Part shown: one piece after another, positions 1-11,099 of the stretch
Numbering within the stretch: the first letter of the stretch is position 1
Layout: each line of letters starts with the position of its first letter
Assembly: GCA_030390025.1 (NCBI GenBank)
Contig: JASTWF010000070.1
Location: forward strand, 1 to 64,000
Direction: 5' to 3'
Source of the DNA: Squalus acanthias
Lineage: Eukaryota
Length of the DNA: 64,000 nt
Position numbers and translations under genes: made by a program
Notes under the pieces: model-generated
Databases searched by the model: none
What the model was told of the DNA's origin: nothing
What the model saw: only the letters and a program-made list of their open reading frames with translations

Positions 1-240
1 CTATCTATCTATCTCTCTATCTATCATCCTATCTATATCTTTAGTTTCACCTATCTAATGATTTTCAGCAACATTTTTAATTTGTTCTCGTGATGTGGGT
101 GACGCGGGCAAATCTAGCATTGATTGTCCATCCCTCGTGGTTGAGAAGGTGGTGGTGGGTCTCCTTGAACCTTCTGCGAGAACCAGAAGGCTCGGGTAAC
201 GGGATTGTTTTAAATAAAAGGTTGTTTTTTCTTTCTTCAG

Positions 241-355
241 AGCCCCGCTACAAACCAGCTGCACTTTACTGCTTTACGGGAGGTCGTCGGCGGCGCTTCT
301 CCTTCTGCTGATAGTTGTTGTCGCCGCGGGAAGGGCTGCAGGAACCGGCGGTCAG
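241..355 (+). pseudogene. Frameshifted transmembrane exon of a D-type VJ-C1 receptor paralog (D'); its upstream exons lie left of the window
   Basis: Aligns to the intact 117-nt TM exon at 50979-51095 with the same ttcttcag acceptor and CAG|GTAGC donor, but is 115 nt (two 1-nt deletions); one frame still reads LLLYGRSSAALLLLLIVVVAAG. Confidence 0.8.
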
Positions 356-649
356 GTAGCGGTTGTCGGGAGGCGCTCCAACTCCACGGCGCTCCCAATC
401 AATCCATTTATTGTGTCGTTTGCTCATTACATGTTAGTGGGCGGTTCAGTGTGAAATGTGTGCATTTTTGCTCCACACATGGAGCTTCCTTTCTTTGTTT
501 TTTAATCCAACGTTTAAGATTCATACTTGATTCTGTGAAACTTTGCATAGTGAACATTACTGGATAGACTGATTGTTTGTAAAACTGCGAAAGTAGATTA
601 AAAGCGTAGATCTGGATATTTTAAGTTTGTAATTATAAATAATAACAGA

Positions 650-1130
650 ATGATGATTCACCAGGATGATACCGGGGCTAAAAGGGTTAAATTATGAGGA
701 CAGGTTGTACAGACTCGAGCTTGTATTCCCTTGTGTATTGAACATTCAGGGGTGATCTAATTGAGGTGTTTAAGATGATTGAAGGATTTCATCGGGTAGG
801 TAGAGAGAAAGTATTTCCTCTGGTGGGGGATTCAAGAACAAGGGGGCATGACCTTAAAGTTAGAGCCAGGCCGTTCAGGGTGATGTCAGGAAGCACTTCT
901 GCACACAAAGATTAGTGGAAATCTGGAACTCTCTCGCCAAGAAGATGTTGAGGCTGGGGGTGTCAATTGGAAATTTCAAAACTGATATTGATAGATCCTT
1001 GTTGGGTAAGGGTATTAAGGGTTAAGCAACCAAGGCGTGTAGATGGAGTTAAGATACAGATCAGCCATGATCTGACTGAATGTCGGAACAGGCTCGAGGG
1101 GCTGATACAGCCTCCTCCTGTCCCTCTGTT
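650..1130 (+). mobile_element. CR1-type LINE 3' fragment
   Basis: Degenerate RT C-terminal region (GDLIEVFKM...FPLVG...RGHDLK) followed by the typical 3' tail. Confidence 0.8.
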
Positions 1131-1180
1131 CCTATGATGATGATGTGGGCTATGATAATGGTTTCTGTTTTCTCTCATAG

Positions 1181-1224
1181 ACTCTTTACGCCCACCTGCG
1201 TTTCATGCGGTTCCGACCCTCTGA
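1181..1224 (+). pseudogene. Terminal cytoplasmic exon of D' (TLYAHL), frameshifted after the motif
   Basis: tctctcatag acceptor then ACT CTT TAC GCC CAC CTG; one G missing versus 54137-54181; the preceding cytoplasmic exon (51239-51297 in gene D) is absent from this copy. Confidence 0.7.
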
Positions 1225-2209
1225 CGGGAAAGGAAAGCGAGCGCCTGCCGGATATGACTGTTGTGGAGACAGTTCCTCTGCTTTGCTCTCACTGTGGGAT
1301 CAGTTAAGACACGCTCATTAACAATTCAAGCCACCTGTTCCTCAATTCGTGTGCCGCTTCCGCGTGCTTTTGGGATCCATTGACAGGAAATTGGCAAGCT
1401 CATTCAGAAGAAGAACCAGCGCAGTAGAGCCCTGAGGTGTAAACCCTTCCGAGAGACTTTGATACGCCGGGTTCAAGTCCCAAAGCACCACAGAAATCCG
1501 ACTATTGGAAGCAGTGGCGTGCCGACTGGAGAGTCTTTAACACCGAACATATCCGGCGCAATTTCAAGCGCATTTTGCAAATGGGATATTTCGCCCCAAG
1601 CGGAAATTCGAAACATATTTAAATTCTCTCTTACGCATCGTCTGCTATTCTTAAGATCACACATCGCCTGCAGTTTTCGGTTCAATCTCGACTGTTTCTC
1701 CTCTCTTGCATTGGCGTTTTAGGATTAATTGTGAATCTTTGTATGTGAGCACGATATAATTCAATAATCTTTACAATGCATCAGTGTCCGAGTTACAAAT
1801 ACAATAAAACAGGTTTTGAAACCCCAGCATTGTGTTTTTTGATTCCAGCCCTTTGATCGTTCAGTCCAGATGCGCTCAGTGTATCTCTGACGCCGATTTA
1901 CAAGGCACATTTACAGAACAAATGTGAGGCGGTTCAAAAGTGGGGCTCAGGACCGACTGGGCAGCTCAGGCACTGCCTCCGGATTTAGGCTGCATTGATA
2001 TTAAAGCTGGATTGTAAGTGGACCCCGAGCGTTCTCTACTTCTGTCCTGGGAGTGAACTCTGTCACATTTACTATCGAAAGTAGATTATTTTAAATCCAT
2101 CTGCTCTTTTTAATAATGCAGTTTAAGTGATTTCGTCAGCAAATTTATGGTGGCTTTTACCCACTATTAGTTTCTATTAGTTCTTAGAAAATACGTTTTC
2201 AAAATGGGG

Positions 2210-2910
2210 TAGAGGATCTGGGGTGCAGATACACAAATCACTAAAAGTAGCGACACAGGTTAACAAGGTCATTAAAACAAGCAAAACAAGCACTGGGGTT
2301 AATTTCTCGAGGGATAGGAATTGAAAAGCAGCGAAGTTGTGTTGAACTTGTATCGAACCTTGGTTAGACTACACTTGGAACACTGTGCACACTTTTGGTC
2401 TCCATATTTATCAAAAAGGACATTGAGGCACTGGAGACGGTGCAAAAAAAGATTTACAAGGATGATACAGAACTGAGAGGTTATAACTATCAGAAAGATT
2501 GAGCAGGCTGGAACACATTTCTCTCGAAAAGAGAAGACTGAGGGGTGACCTGATAGAGGTCTTTAAGATTATGAACGGGTTTGATAGGAAGAGGAGATGT
2601 TTTGGACTTGTGAGGAGACCAGAAGTAGGGGCCATAAATAGAAGATAGTCACTAATAAATCCGATAAGGAATTCAGGAGAAAATTCTTTACCAGAGAGTG
2701 GTGAGAATGTGGAACTCGCTACCACAGGGAGTGGTTGAGGCGAATAGCATAGAAGCATTCAAGGGGAAGCTTGATAAACACACGAGGAAGAAAGGATTAG
2801 AAGGATATTGTGATGGGGTGAGATGAAGAGGGGTGGGAGGAGGCTCGTGTGGAGGAGAAACCCCGGCACGGACCAATTGTTCCGAATGGCCTGTTTCTGT
2901 GCTGTGAACA
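2210..2910 (+). mobile_element. CR1-type LINE 3' fragment
   Basis: Degenerate RT C-terminus (RLRGDLIEVFKIMNGFDR; RVVRMWNSLP) and 3' tail. Confidence 0.8.
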
Positions 2911-4400
2911 CTTTGTAACTTTGTAAAGCAGAACCCTTCGGCTGTGACTGAAAGCGGTTTGCTGGTGATGTTAATAATTCGCAGCGGGTAACACAATTCG
3001 CTCTTCACATTCGGAAATCGGGCAAATATAAGAGTAAAATTCAAAGGCTGTTTCGCCGAGATGCTGTGATATATTTCGGGTACACCTTCGATTTCATATA
3101 TATTTAAAAGCTGGGTATGAGGTCTTTGGTGTGGTGATTAATGGATAATTGAGCTGGTTATTAGGCTTTGATCTCATCGAGAAGCTCTTGTAATTCATGT
3201 ACCGAGGGGATATAAACATGCCGAAATTAACATATTTTGCTGTCAAAATATTCTGCACAGATATTGCAAAGAGTATTTGGAGACACTTGTCACAAGGTCG
3301 CTGCAGGTGAAAAAGGCCATTCTACCAAACGTAGCTCAGGACTCCAGAAAGGTTCTGACCTTCTCGCCCATCAGGGCAGCCAAACTGTTACCTAAATGAC
3401 TCCAGGGGTTTTCATTCACACCAGAGGACCATTCCATGTGCTGATCACTCCTTGTGTGTTGAACTTCCAGTAATCAGTCTTCAATTTGCTTTTTAGTATT
3501 CGAACTAATTATCCTACTAGCGACAGGAACATTGGAACGGGAGGAGGCCATTCAGCCTCTGGAGCCTGTTCCACCATTCAATTTGATCATAACTGACCTG
3601 CAGGTTAACTCCATCTACCCGTCTTGGTTCCGTATCTCTTAATACCCTAACCCAACAAAAATCTATCACTCTCAGTGCTGAAAATTTCAATTGACACCCA
3701 GCCTCTACATCTTTTATGGAGAGAGCGTTCCAGATTTCCACTACCCTTTGTGTGAAGAAGTGCTTCTGACATCACCTCTGAACGGACTTGGTCTAATTTT
3801 TAGGTTATGCCCCCTTGTTCTGAATCCCGCCCCCCAAACAGAGGGAATAGTTTCTCTCTATCTACCCAATCAACTGCTTTATCATTTTTATCACCTCAGT
3901 TGGATCACCCCTTAAACTTCTAAACTCAAGAGAATACAAGGCTAGTCTATGGAACCTGTCCTTAGAATTTAAACCTGTTTTATCCTGATCACATTTATTA
4001 TAAGTGAAATATTGGTCGATAGGAACCTCTCGTGCATCGTTACATTCGAAGAATAATTTATTTTATTTACACACAAGCATTTGCAAATAAAAATCTTGTT
4101 ACTAACGGGAACTACAGGATGAGCAGGAAAGGTTCAGATAAACACCAAATCGAGAAGTCCCTGCTCTTAATGTTTGTCTCACGCTTGAATTACACTAATG
4201 CAGTGGAATATCTTTACAATACTCAAAGCACGTTCGTTACATTGAACAGAAAGAGTCTTTGCAACCTCCGGCGAGTGCAGGGAGATAGTTTAGATGTTTG
4301 ACGGGATTCTCCGTGACTCCATTCTTATTCCCGAAGGCTGTGGGTTCTTTTGTAAGTCCGGTCTCCTCCCGCATCCATCGGATAGAAACCCTCCGGGTTC

Positions 4401-4487
4401 TCATCCGCGACCCGCCTTCTTTTTTGATGACTTTTCCGAGGCAGTAAATTCCAGAGAGGCGTAAAGATGCTGGTCTCGAGGGCCGCC
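4401..4487 (-). CDS. Gene A terminal cytoplasmic exon GGPRDQHLYASLEFTASEKSSKKKAGRG* (ITIM-like)
   Basis: tttcctgtctcag acceptor, phase-0 frame closing at TGA 4401-4403; frame and stop conserved in paralog 58391-58477 (ILYASL); AATAAA on the minus strand near 4057-4067. Confidence 0.7.
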   Translation of the reverse strand, partial: GGPRDQHLYASLEFTASEKSSKKKAGRG

Positions 4488-4559
4488 CTGAGACAGGAAA
4501 CATTGACATTTCAAGATATTTAAAGGCAGGTCAAACTATCTCGTCCTGCAGTCGCGTTT

Positions 4560-5610
4560 TATGGAATCATAGAATTATGCAGCACAGAAGCAGGCCATTC
4601 GGTCCATCGTGCCTGTGCTGGGTCTTTGAAAGATCATAAGAACATAAGAACATAGGAATTAGGAGCAGGAGTCGGCCATACGGCCCCTCGAGCGTGCTCC
4701 GCCATTCAATAAGATCATGGCTGATCATCGACCTCAACTCCTCTTTCCCACCCGATCTCCATATCCCTTGATTCCCCTAGAGTCCAAAAATCTATCTATC
4801 TCAGTCTTGAATATATTCAAAGACTGAGCATCCACACCCCTCTGGGGCAGAGAATTCCAAAGATTCACAACCCTCTGAGTGAAGAATTTCCTCCTAATCT
4901 TAGTCTTAAATGGCCGACCCCTTTTCCTGAGACTATAGCCCCTAGTTCTAGACACTCCTGCTGGGGGAAATAACCTCTCAGCATCTACCCTGTCAATCCC
5001 CCTCAGAAACTTGTAGATTTCAATGAGATCACCTCTCATTCTTCTAAACTCTAGAGAGCATCGGCCCAATAAATTCAATCTCTCATCATAGGACAGCCCT
5101 CTCACCCCAGGAATTAATCTAGTGAACGTTCGTTGCACCGCCCTTAAGGCAAGTATATCCTTCCTTAGATAAGGAGACCAAAACAGAGCACAGTACTCCA
5201 GGTGTGGTCTCTCCAAGCCGCTGGACAATTGTTGCAAGGCTTCCTTACTCTTATACTCCAACCCCCTTGCAATAAAGGCAACATGCCCTTTGTCTTCCTT
5301 ATTGCATGCTGTACCTGCATGCTTGCTTTCTGTGTTTCTTGCACGAGGACACCCAAATCTCTCTCAAGACAAACATTTAAAAGTTTCTCACCATTTAAAA
5401 AATATTCTGTTTTTCTATTCTTCGTACCAAAGTGAATAACCTCACATTTCCCTACATTATACTGCATCTGCCACTTTACTGCCCACTCTATCCAATTAGT
5501 CCCGCTCTTCCTGCTTTTCCCCACAGACCTGCACATAATTATCCTTCGAATACTTATCCAATTCGCTTGTGAAATTTAGCATTGAATCTGCTTCCACCAC
5601 CCTCTTTCTA
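4560..5610 (-). mobile_element. CR1-type LINE 3' fragment(s)
   Basis: ORFs 4734-5261 and 5165-5536 encode the RT C-terminus (RPHLEYC..FWSPYLRKDI, RRMRGDLIE, WQMQYNVGKC); agaacata tail repeats at about 4635-4655. Confidence 0.92.
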
Positions 5611-5904
5611 AATTTGAGAATCTTTTGCTTAATATGTCCACACAAGTACTGTCTGAATAATGTTTTAACAAACAGAGGAGCACAACTCGTAAAGCAGCTT
5701 AACCCAGAAATCACCAACATTTTATCAGAAAACTTGGATGATGAGTCTATTTGTTTGACTGGATGGTCACATCAAAACAATCCAATCAGACGGCCATGTT
5801 TCGCCATCTCCAAGGTTACGTAGATCACAATCACTCAAACACAATCAATCATATCCAACCAGAATCACACACACACGCCATCACACATCATAACAGAAAG
5901 AAAG

Positions 5905-6718
5905 ACTAGCCTTTCTACAGCATCTTTCATGATCTCAGAACGTTCCAAAACGCTTTACAGCCAATTAAATGCTTTTGAAGTGTAGCCACTGTTGAAATGT
6001 AGGAAACGCGGCAGCCAATTTGCGCACAGCAAGCTTCCACAAACATCCATGTGATAATGACCAGAACATCTGTTTTTTCGTGATGTTGATTGAGGGATAA
6101 ATATTGGCCGAGGACACTAGCGAGAACTCTGCTGCTCTTCTTCGAGTGACTTATTTTACGTCCACCTGAGAGGGCAGACGGGGCCTCAATTTATCATCTC
6201 ATCTGAAAGACGGCAGCTGCGACGGTGCAGCACTCCCTCAGTATTGCCCCTCCGAAATGCAGCGCTCCCTCAGTACGGCCCCTCCGACAGTGCAGCACTC
6301 CCTCAGTACTGCCCCTCTGACAGTGCAGCGCTCAATCAGTACTGCCTCTCTGACAGTGCAGCACTCCCGCATTACTGCCCCTCCGACAGTGCGGCGCTCC
6401 CTCAGTATTGCCCCTCCGGCAGTGCAGCGCTCCCTCAGTACTGCCACTCCAACTGTGCAGCGCTCCCTCAGTACTGCCCCTCCGACAGTGCGGCGCTCCC
6501 TCAGTACTGCCCCTCCGACAGTGCGGCGCTCCCTCAGTACTGCCCCTCCGACATTGCGGCGCTTCCTCAGTACTGACCCTCTGACAGTATAGCGCTCCCT
6601 CAGTGCCGCACTGGGAGCGTCAGCCTTGAATTTTTTTGCGCAATTCTCTGGAGTGGGACTTGAACCCATGACCTACTGACCCAGAGGCAAGAGTGCTACA
6701 CACGGAGTCATGGCTGAC
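5905..6718 (-). mobile_element. tRNA-derived SINE (Deu-domain/SacSINE1-like) with internal minisatellite
   Basis: tRNA-like head with B-box (GGTTCAAGTCCC on minus) at about 6655-6715; core ggaaacgcggcagccaatttgcgcacagcaagc recurs across the window. Confidence 0.75.
6219..6605. repeat. 33-bp minisatellite, about 11-12 units, amplified from SINE body
   Basis: Unit ~cctccgacagtgcagcgctccctcagtactgcc, giving 11-aa periodic ORFs (SDSAALPQYCP); no spacers. Confidence 0.92.
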
Positions 6719-6719
6719 A

Positions 6720-6850
6720 ATCACACACACGCACGCTCACTTACACACTCACAAAACCTCATACATACACACACACACTCACTCTCTCAGGCACTCACTC
6801 GCAGACACACACACACAATCTCATACGCACACACACACTCACACACACAC
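6720..6850. repeat. CA-rich microsatellite
   Basis: Interrupted (CA)n tract. Confidence 0.85.
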
Positions 6851-6886
6851 ATTCTATCCAAACAGTTTCCTTCTTCGACGACTTAC

Positions 6887-6909
6887 CATAGAAACATATT
6901 TTGACTTAT
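6887..6909 (-). CDS. Gene A candidate cytoplasmic micro-exon (x)KSKYVSM
   Basis: aatttcacag acceptor, ATG|GTAAGT donor, 23 nt; phase 1 to 0, which exactly bridges the upstream exons to the phase-0 terminal exon. Confidence 0.55.
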
Positions 6910-7363
6910 CTGTGAAATTATTCTGGCTGTCGTATTATTCCTGAATCTTCATAATAATATATTAAAAACAGTATCTCGGCCGGATTGGGGGTGGTGGGTG
7001 GGAGCGGGGGTTGGTGGGGGGAGCGGACATGGATTCAATGTAGAGATAAAAATAATATAAAATAGCAAAAATCTGTAAATCTGAAATAGAACCTGAAACT
7101 GCTGGAAATCCGCAGTTGAATCTGGTGAAGGCATTCTACCCGGAACATTAACCTATCCTTTCTATTATCAGATGGGAAGAGGGCTGCGGGATATGTTCTG
7201 TTTCCAGTTGGAGCAACGAATGGGATTCGCTGCAAATTAAGATGATCTGGACTATGACCTGCTCAATGCCAACCGTATGAAATATCCAGCATGTGGCGCA
7301 TTGCACCCATCCCAGAAATCACCAAGTTCCTGTATATTATTGCAACAGGTTCAATGAACTTAC

Positions 7364-7417
7364 TTACATGTATTGCACCCTGATGTGTCCGCTTCGCCTC
7401 CATTTGACGGGTGTCAC
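7364..7417 (-). CDS. Gene A optional candidate cytoplasmic exon GDTRQMEAKRTHQGAIHV
   Basis: taatacacag acceptor, GTAAGT donor, 54 nt phase 1-1; skippable without frameshift; an alternative donor 4 nt away makes it ambiguous. Confidence 0.3.
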   Translation of the reverse strand: MTPVKWRRSGHIRVQYM

Positions 7418-7499
7418 CTGTGTATTAACAGTTACGAATATGTATTTAAATATTATCAATTCTGTCTAATCTATAATTAATTATAGAGGCACCATGCGC

Positions 7500-7772
7500 A
7501 AATGGTCCACTAATATGACAATGGTCCATTAATACGCCAATGGTACCCCAATATGCCAGTGGTCCAACAATATGCAATGGCACCTCAATATGCCAATTGT
7601 CCCCCATACGCCAATGGTACCCCAATACGCCAACTCTCTCCCACTATGCCAATGGTCCACCAATAATATCTCAATAATATCTCAATAAGCCAACGAACCC
7701 GTAATACGCCAAGAGTACCCCAATGCGCCAATGGTCCACCACTATGCAAATGGTACCCCAATACGCCAATGG
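7500..7772. repeat. Degenerate ~19-bp minisatellite
   Basis: Repeated aatggt(a/c)c(a/c)ccaata(t/c)gcc units. Confidence 0.8.
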
Positions 7773-7984
7773 ATAGACACGGGCTATCCATCCCCGGTGT
7801 CTGGCGGCTATTGTCCATCTGATACGCAATTGTCAGCATTAATAACCAATAATTAGCCTTTCTGTAGAACCAGCAGAACGGAGCACGATGGCAGGACATT
7901 TTATTGCCTGGAAATGAACTTATTGATCTTTGAAATATCCTGCGATTGATGTTTTATCTGCACCAACATTTCAATCCAACTCAC

Positions 7985-8037
7985 CCGGGTGTCGCTCATT
8001 TCTTCCGGCTCTTATCGTTCTCTCTCTCAAATTAAAA
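7985..8037 (-). CDS. Gene A cytoplasmic exon 2 (S)FNLRERTIRAGRNERHP
   Basis: ttttcttcgcatacag acceptor, G|GTGAGT donor, 53 nt phase 2 to 1, matching the phase-2 end of the previous exon; acceptor conserved in the inverted relic at about 13399. Confidence 0.65.
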
Positions 8038-8254
8038 CTGTATGCGAAGAAAAATATTAAACAAGCATTACTTCTTTTACATCGTTTGTCACATGCCATA
8101 AATATCGAGAACAGAATTGTGGAATGGACTTTGAATCAATCTTAAAGGACGTGGAAAATATTGAAATTGGAGTTGGGGTTGACTGGTTTTGACACATGTG
8201 TTAAATACAGTGAGACTGTTACTGATGAACATTGTAAATGGTTCAGTTACTCAC

Positions 8255-8285
8255 CTTTCCTTGTGGGGTCTCTTGACTCGTTCTT
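8255..8285 (-). CDS. Gene A cytoplasmic exon 1 EERVKRPHKE
   Basis: ttgtttcag acceptor, AG|GTGAGT donor, 31 nt phase 1 to 2. Confidence 0.7.
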
Positions 8286-8383
8286 CTGAAACAATTAACT
8301 GTAATTAGTATTTAAAGCTTCTAGAAGGGAATCACATTAAACAAACATTTATTAAAATATTCCGTATAAACGTAAATTCTCAC

Positions 8384-8485
8384 CTGATCTGTTGCTTTTA
8401 TGATTCCAAATGAAAATGAGGATCAATACCAGAACCAGGATCACCGAGACAGTTATTGCAACGGGAAGGGTCAGAATGCACCACC
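8384..8485 (-). CDS. Gene A transmembrane exon (G)WCILTLPVAITVSVILVLVLILIFIWNHKSNRS
   Basis: tttctctctgtag acceptor, CAG|GTGAG donor, 102 nt phase 1-1; uninterrupted hydrophobic run followed by basic residues. Confidence 0.85.
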
Positions 8486-8759
8486 CTACAGAGAGAAACA
8501 CTTAGAAAATGCATCTGGGTCAAATCATTACTTTCTGGGATACTCTGATGAGAAACGTGAACCAGTTACAATGTAGGAGCATCAAACCCGGGGTGTGAAA
8601 GGACAAACCAGCCAATGCGACTAATATTGGACAAGTGAAAGCTCATAATGGAATAAATTGCACTAGTTTGGTGGTTTAGGCAAATTGACAGACGGCACCC
8701 TCAGTACTGCCGCATAATTTTACTAATGCACAATCAAAACATCCTATTTGAAAACTGAA

Positions 8760-9450
8760 TCATAGAATGATTACAGCACAGAAGGGGGCCATTCAACCCA
8801 TCGGGTCTGTGCGGGCTCTTTTGTGGAGCTAAGCAATTAGTCCCACTCCACTTCTCTTTCCCCATAGCCCTGTTCATGTTATCCCTTCAAGTATTTATCT
8901 AATTGTCTTTTGAAAATTGCTATTGAACCTGCTTCCACCGCCCTTTCAGGCAGCACATTCCAGATCACAACAACTCGCTGTGTAAAAAAATCAGCTCATC
9001 TCGCCTCTGGTACTTCTGCCAATCAAATTAAATCGGTGTCCTCTGGTTACCGACCCTTCTGCCAATGGGAAAAGTTTTTTCTTATTTATTCTGTCAGAAC
9101 CCTTCATGATTCATGATTGAATCTCCTCTTAACCTTCGCTGCTCTATGGAGAACAATCCCAGCTTCTCCAGTCTCTCCACATAACTGAAGTCCCTCATCC
9201 TTGGTACCATTCTAGGAAATCTCCACTCTACCGTCTCCAATGAATTGACATCCTTCCTAAAGTGTGGTGCCAAGAATTAGACACAATACTCCAGCTGTGG
9301 CCCAACCATTGCTTTATAAATGTTTAGCATAACTTCCTTGCTTCTGTACTCTGTTCCTCTATTAATAAAACCAAGCACCCCATATGTATTTTTAACAGTC
9401 TTCTCGACTTCTCCTGCCACCTTCAAAGATTTGTGCTCATACACCCCCCA
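8760..9450 (-). mobile_element. CR1-type LINE 3' fragment
   Basis: Tail catagaatgattacagcacagaagg...ccattc and degenerate RT C-terminus on minus. Confidence 0.8.
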
Positions 9451-10155
9451 TGTTTTATTGTGATAAACTGAAACGATTACACAATTTCAGTGAAGCTTCA
9501 TAACCTGATTATATGAAATTATATTTCACGGGGAGAGTGGGGATTGATAAGGGGGGTTCGGGTCTTTAAAACAGCAAACGAGAAAATAAACGGGTGGAAA
9601 TGAGCGAGCGTCTGATGCCAGCAGACGCGTTCAGCCAACTATTTCACCGCATCTCTTGACTAGTTTCAGGTCAGAAAGCGCGTTCACTCCAATCCATTCC
9701 AGGATGCGCTGCCTGAAAGGGCGATGGAAGCTGATTCACTAATAACTTTCAAAAGGGAATCGGATAAATAATTGAAGGGGAGAATTTTGCAAGGGCTGTG
9801 GGGAAAGAGCTGGGGCGGAGTGGGATTAATTGGATAGCTCTTTCAAAGAGCCGGCTCAGACACGATGGGCCGAATGGCCTCCTTCTGTGCTGCATCATTC
9901 TATGATTCCAAAATGACCCGCAGAAATTTAAAGTCAGCCAAGAGCGGAGGAAGTAGCTACAAGACCTGGGACGGAGGGCAACCTTAGCTTATTTCAATGT
10001 ATTTTATAACGCACTATTCTCCTGATATATAGATATTCATGCTTATCCCGTGGTGTTGCTTTATTTACAGACTTCAGGCGATTAGGAGCGAGTGAACTAC
10101 TCCAACTGACGCTAAAGCTCAATACTGCCATTCGCCATACAGATCACCGACTTAC

Positions 10156-10475
10156 CTGCCACTGTTTTGGGCGCGACACGCTCTTGGCCCAAGATTTGTC
10201 CTTGGAACCCAGCTCAACAATACAGGCGCAGACCCCGCCGCTTCTCCAGGCTTCCCCCGAGACCATCACATGGCTTCTGATGCTGTAGGTCCCGTCCGGG
10301 CCCAGTGTACCGGAATCGCTGCGTCCCTCGGTCACCTCTCCGGTAACGTTCCAGTAAAGAGCAATCTGGTTCAAGGAGACGCCAGTGACCAAACACACCA
10401 AGGGGACGGTGTCCCTTAAATGCGGCTCCCCCGGCAGAGCAAACACCAGCACAGCCGTCTTGGGTGTGGAACTGT
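10156..10475 (-). CDS. Gene A C1-set constant-like Ig domain exon
   Basis: DSSTPKTAVLVFALP...VPLVCLVTGV...LYWNVTG...DGTYSIRSHVMVSGEAWRSGGVCACIVE; gtccag acceptor, CAG|GTAAG donor; as written it ends in phase 0, discordant with the phase-1 TM exon. Confidence 0.88.
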
Positions 10476-10565
10476 CTGGACAGGGATTGGGACACAGTTA
10501 ACTCTTACTTTACACCGAATGATATTGCTGTGCATGATCTGAATTCAATTTGGTTTTGCTCTTAC

Positions 10566-10898
10566 CTCCAACCAGCAGTGTGGATCCATTCCCGAGCGGT
10601 GCATAGCTACCGCTAGCAGCACAGTAATAGGAGCCGGTGTCAGCCACCTGTACATTGCGGATTTCCAGGATCAGTATATATTTGGTGTGTCCTTTTTTAG
10701 AAGTAAACTTGCAATCGGTCCGATTACAGGATGGGATATCGATTAGTCTCGGGGCTTCACCCACATGCTGCTTGTACCAGAAATAGCTATTCACCAAATT
10801 CACTTCATAAATCTCGTGACATTCCAATTTGACCGACTGGCCGACTCCGGCTGTCACTGTGAAGGGGCTCCGAGACTGGATGGGCTGCGATTCTGCAA
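10566..10898 (-). CDS. Gene A single-exon germline-joined VJ-type Ig domain
   Basis: VKLEC...YFWYKQHVGEAPRLI...LEIRNVQVADTGSYYC AASGSYAP LGNGSTLLVG; 333 nt phase 1-1; J-like G-x-G strand contiguous with V, no intervening RSS. Confidence 0.92.
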
Positions 10899-11099
10899 CT
10901 AGAAGGATTATTGTGACATTAGAAGTGATTATTGAGCGATAGAAAGAAGCCGCGTTGAAACACCTCGCCTGTAATTTAAGAACAGCATCATTATTGCCTT
11001 CAGTTATTGCTGGTTATATCCATTCTCTAGTTTGCCTTTACTTCGCCTTATAGAAGGACTAGAAAGTAAACCAACATGATCAACAACAACTTTCTTTGA

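Larger units (their letters stand above)
57..6250. repeat. Segmental duplication, copy 1 (3' end of D-type gene plus 3' end of A-type gene, tail-to-tail)
   Basis: Colinear with 50791-64000, starting at the shared aatgattttcagcaacatttttaatttgttctcgtgatgtgggtgacg; differs mainly by LINE insertions in copy 2. Confidence 0.92.

Noticed and set aside
6219-6605. CRISPR-like 33-bp repeats and periodic ORFs (also 45962-46295 and the 42-bp repeat at 42161-42325)
   Set aside because: Head-to-tail units with no unique spacers, embedded in SINE/LINE sequence in a vertebrate locus; the ORFs are by-products of the periodicity.
6655-6718. tRNA genes at SINE heads (also about 16020-16085, 18020-18060, 46560-46625)
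   Set aside because: tRNA-derived SINE promoter regions attached to SINE bodies, not complete cloverleaves.
7585-7899. 104-aa minus ORF as the terminal exon of gene A (in-frame acceptor near 7908)
   Set aside because: It runs into a 19-bp minisatellite, has no recognisable motif and is missing from the inverted relic; the 4401-4487 exon is better supported. Not formally excluded.
10566-10898. Genes A and D as rearranging TCR or Ig segments; CACAGT at the YYC codons as an RSS
   Set aside because: V and J are contiguous, I saw no heptamer-spacer-nonamer, the CACAGT is just the TAC TGT G codons read in reverse, the TM lacks the basic residues of TCR chains and the tails are long.
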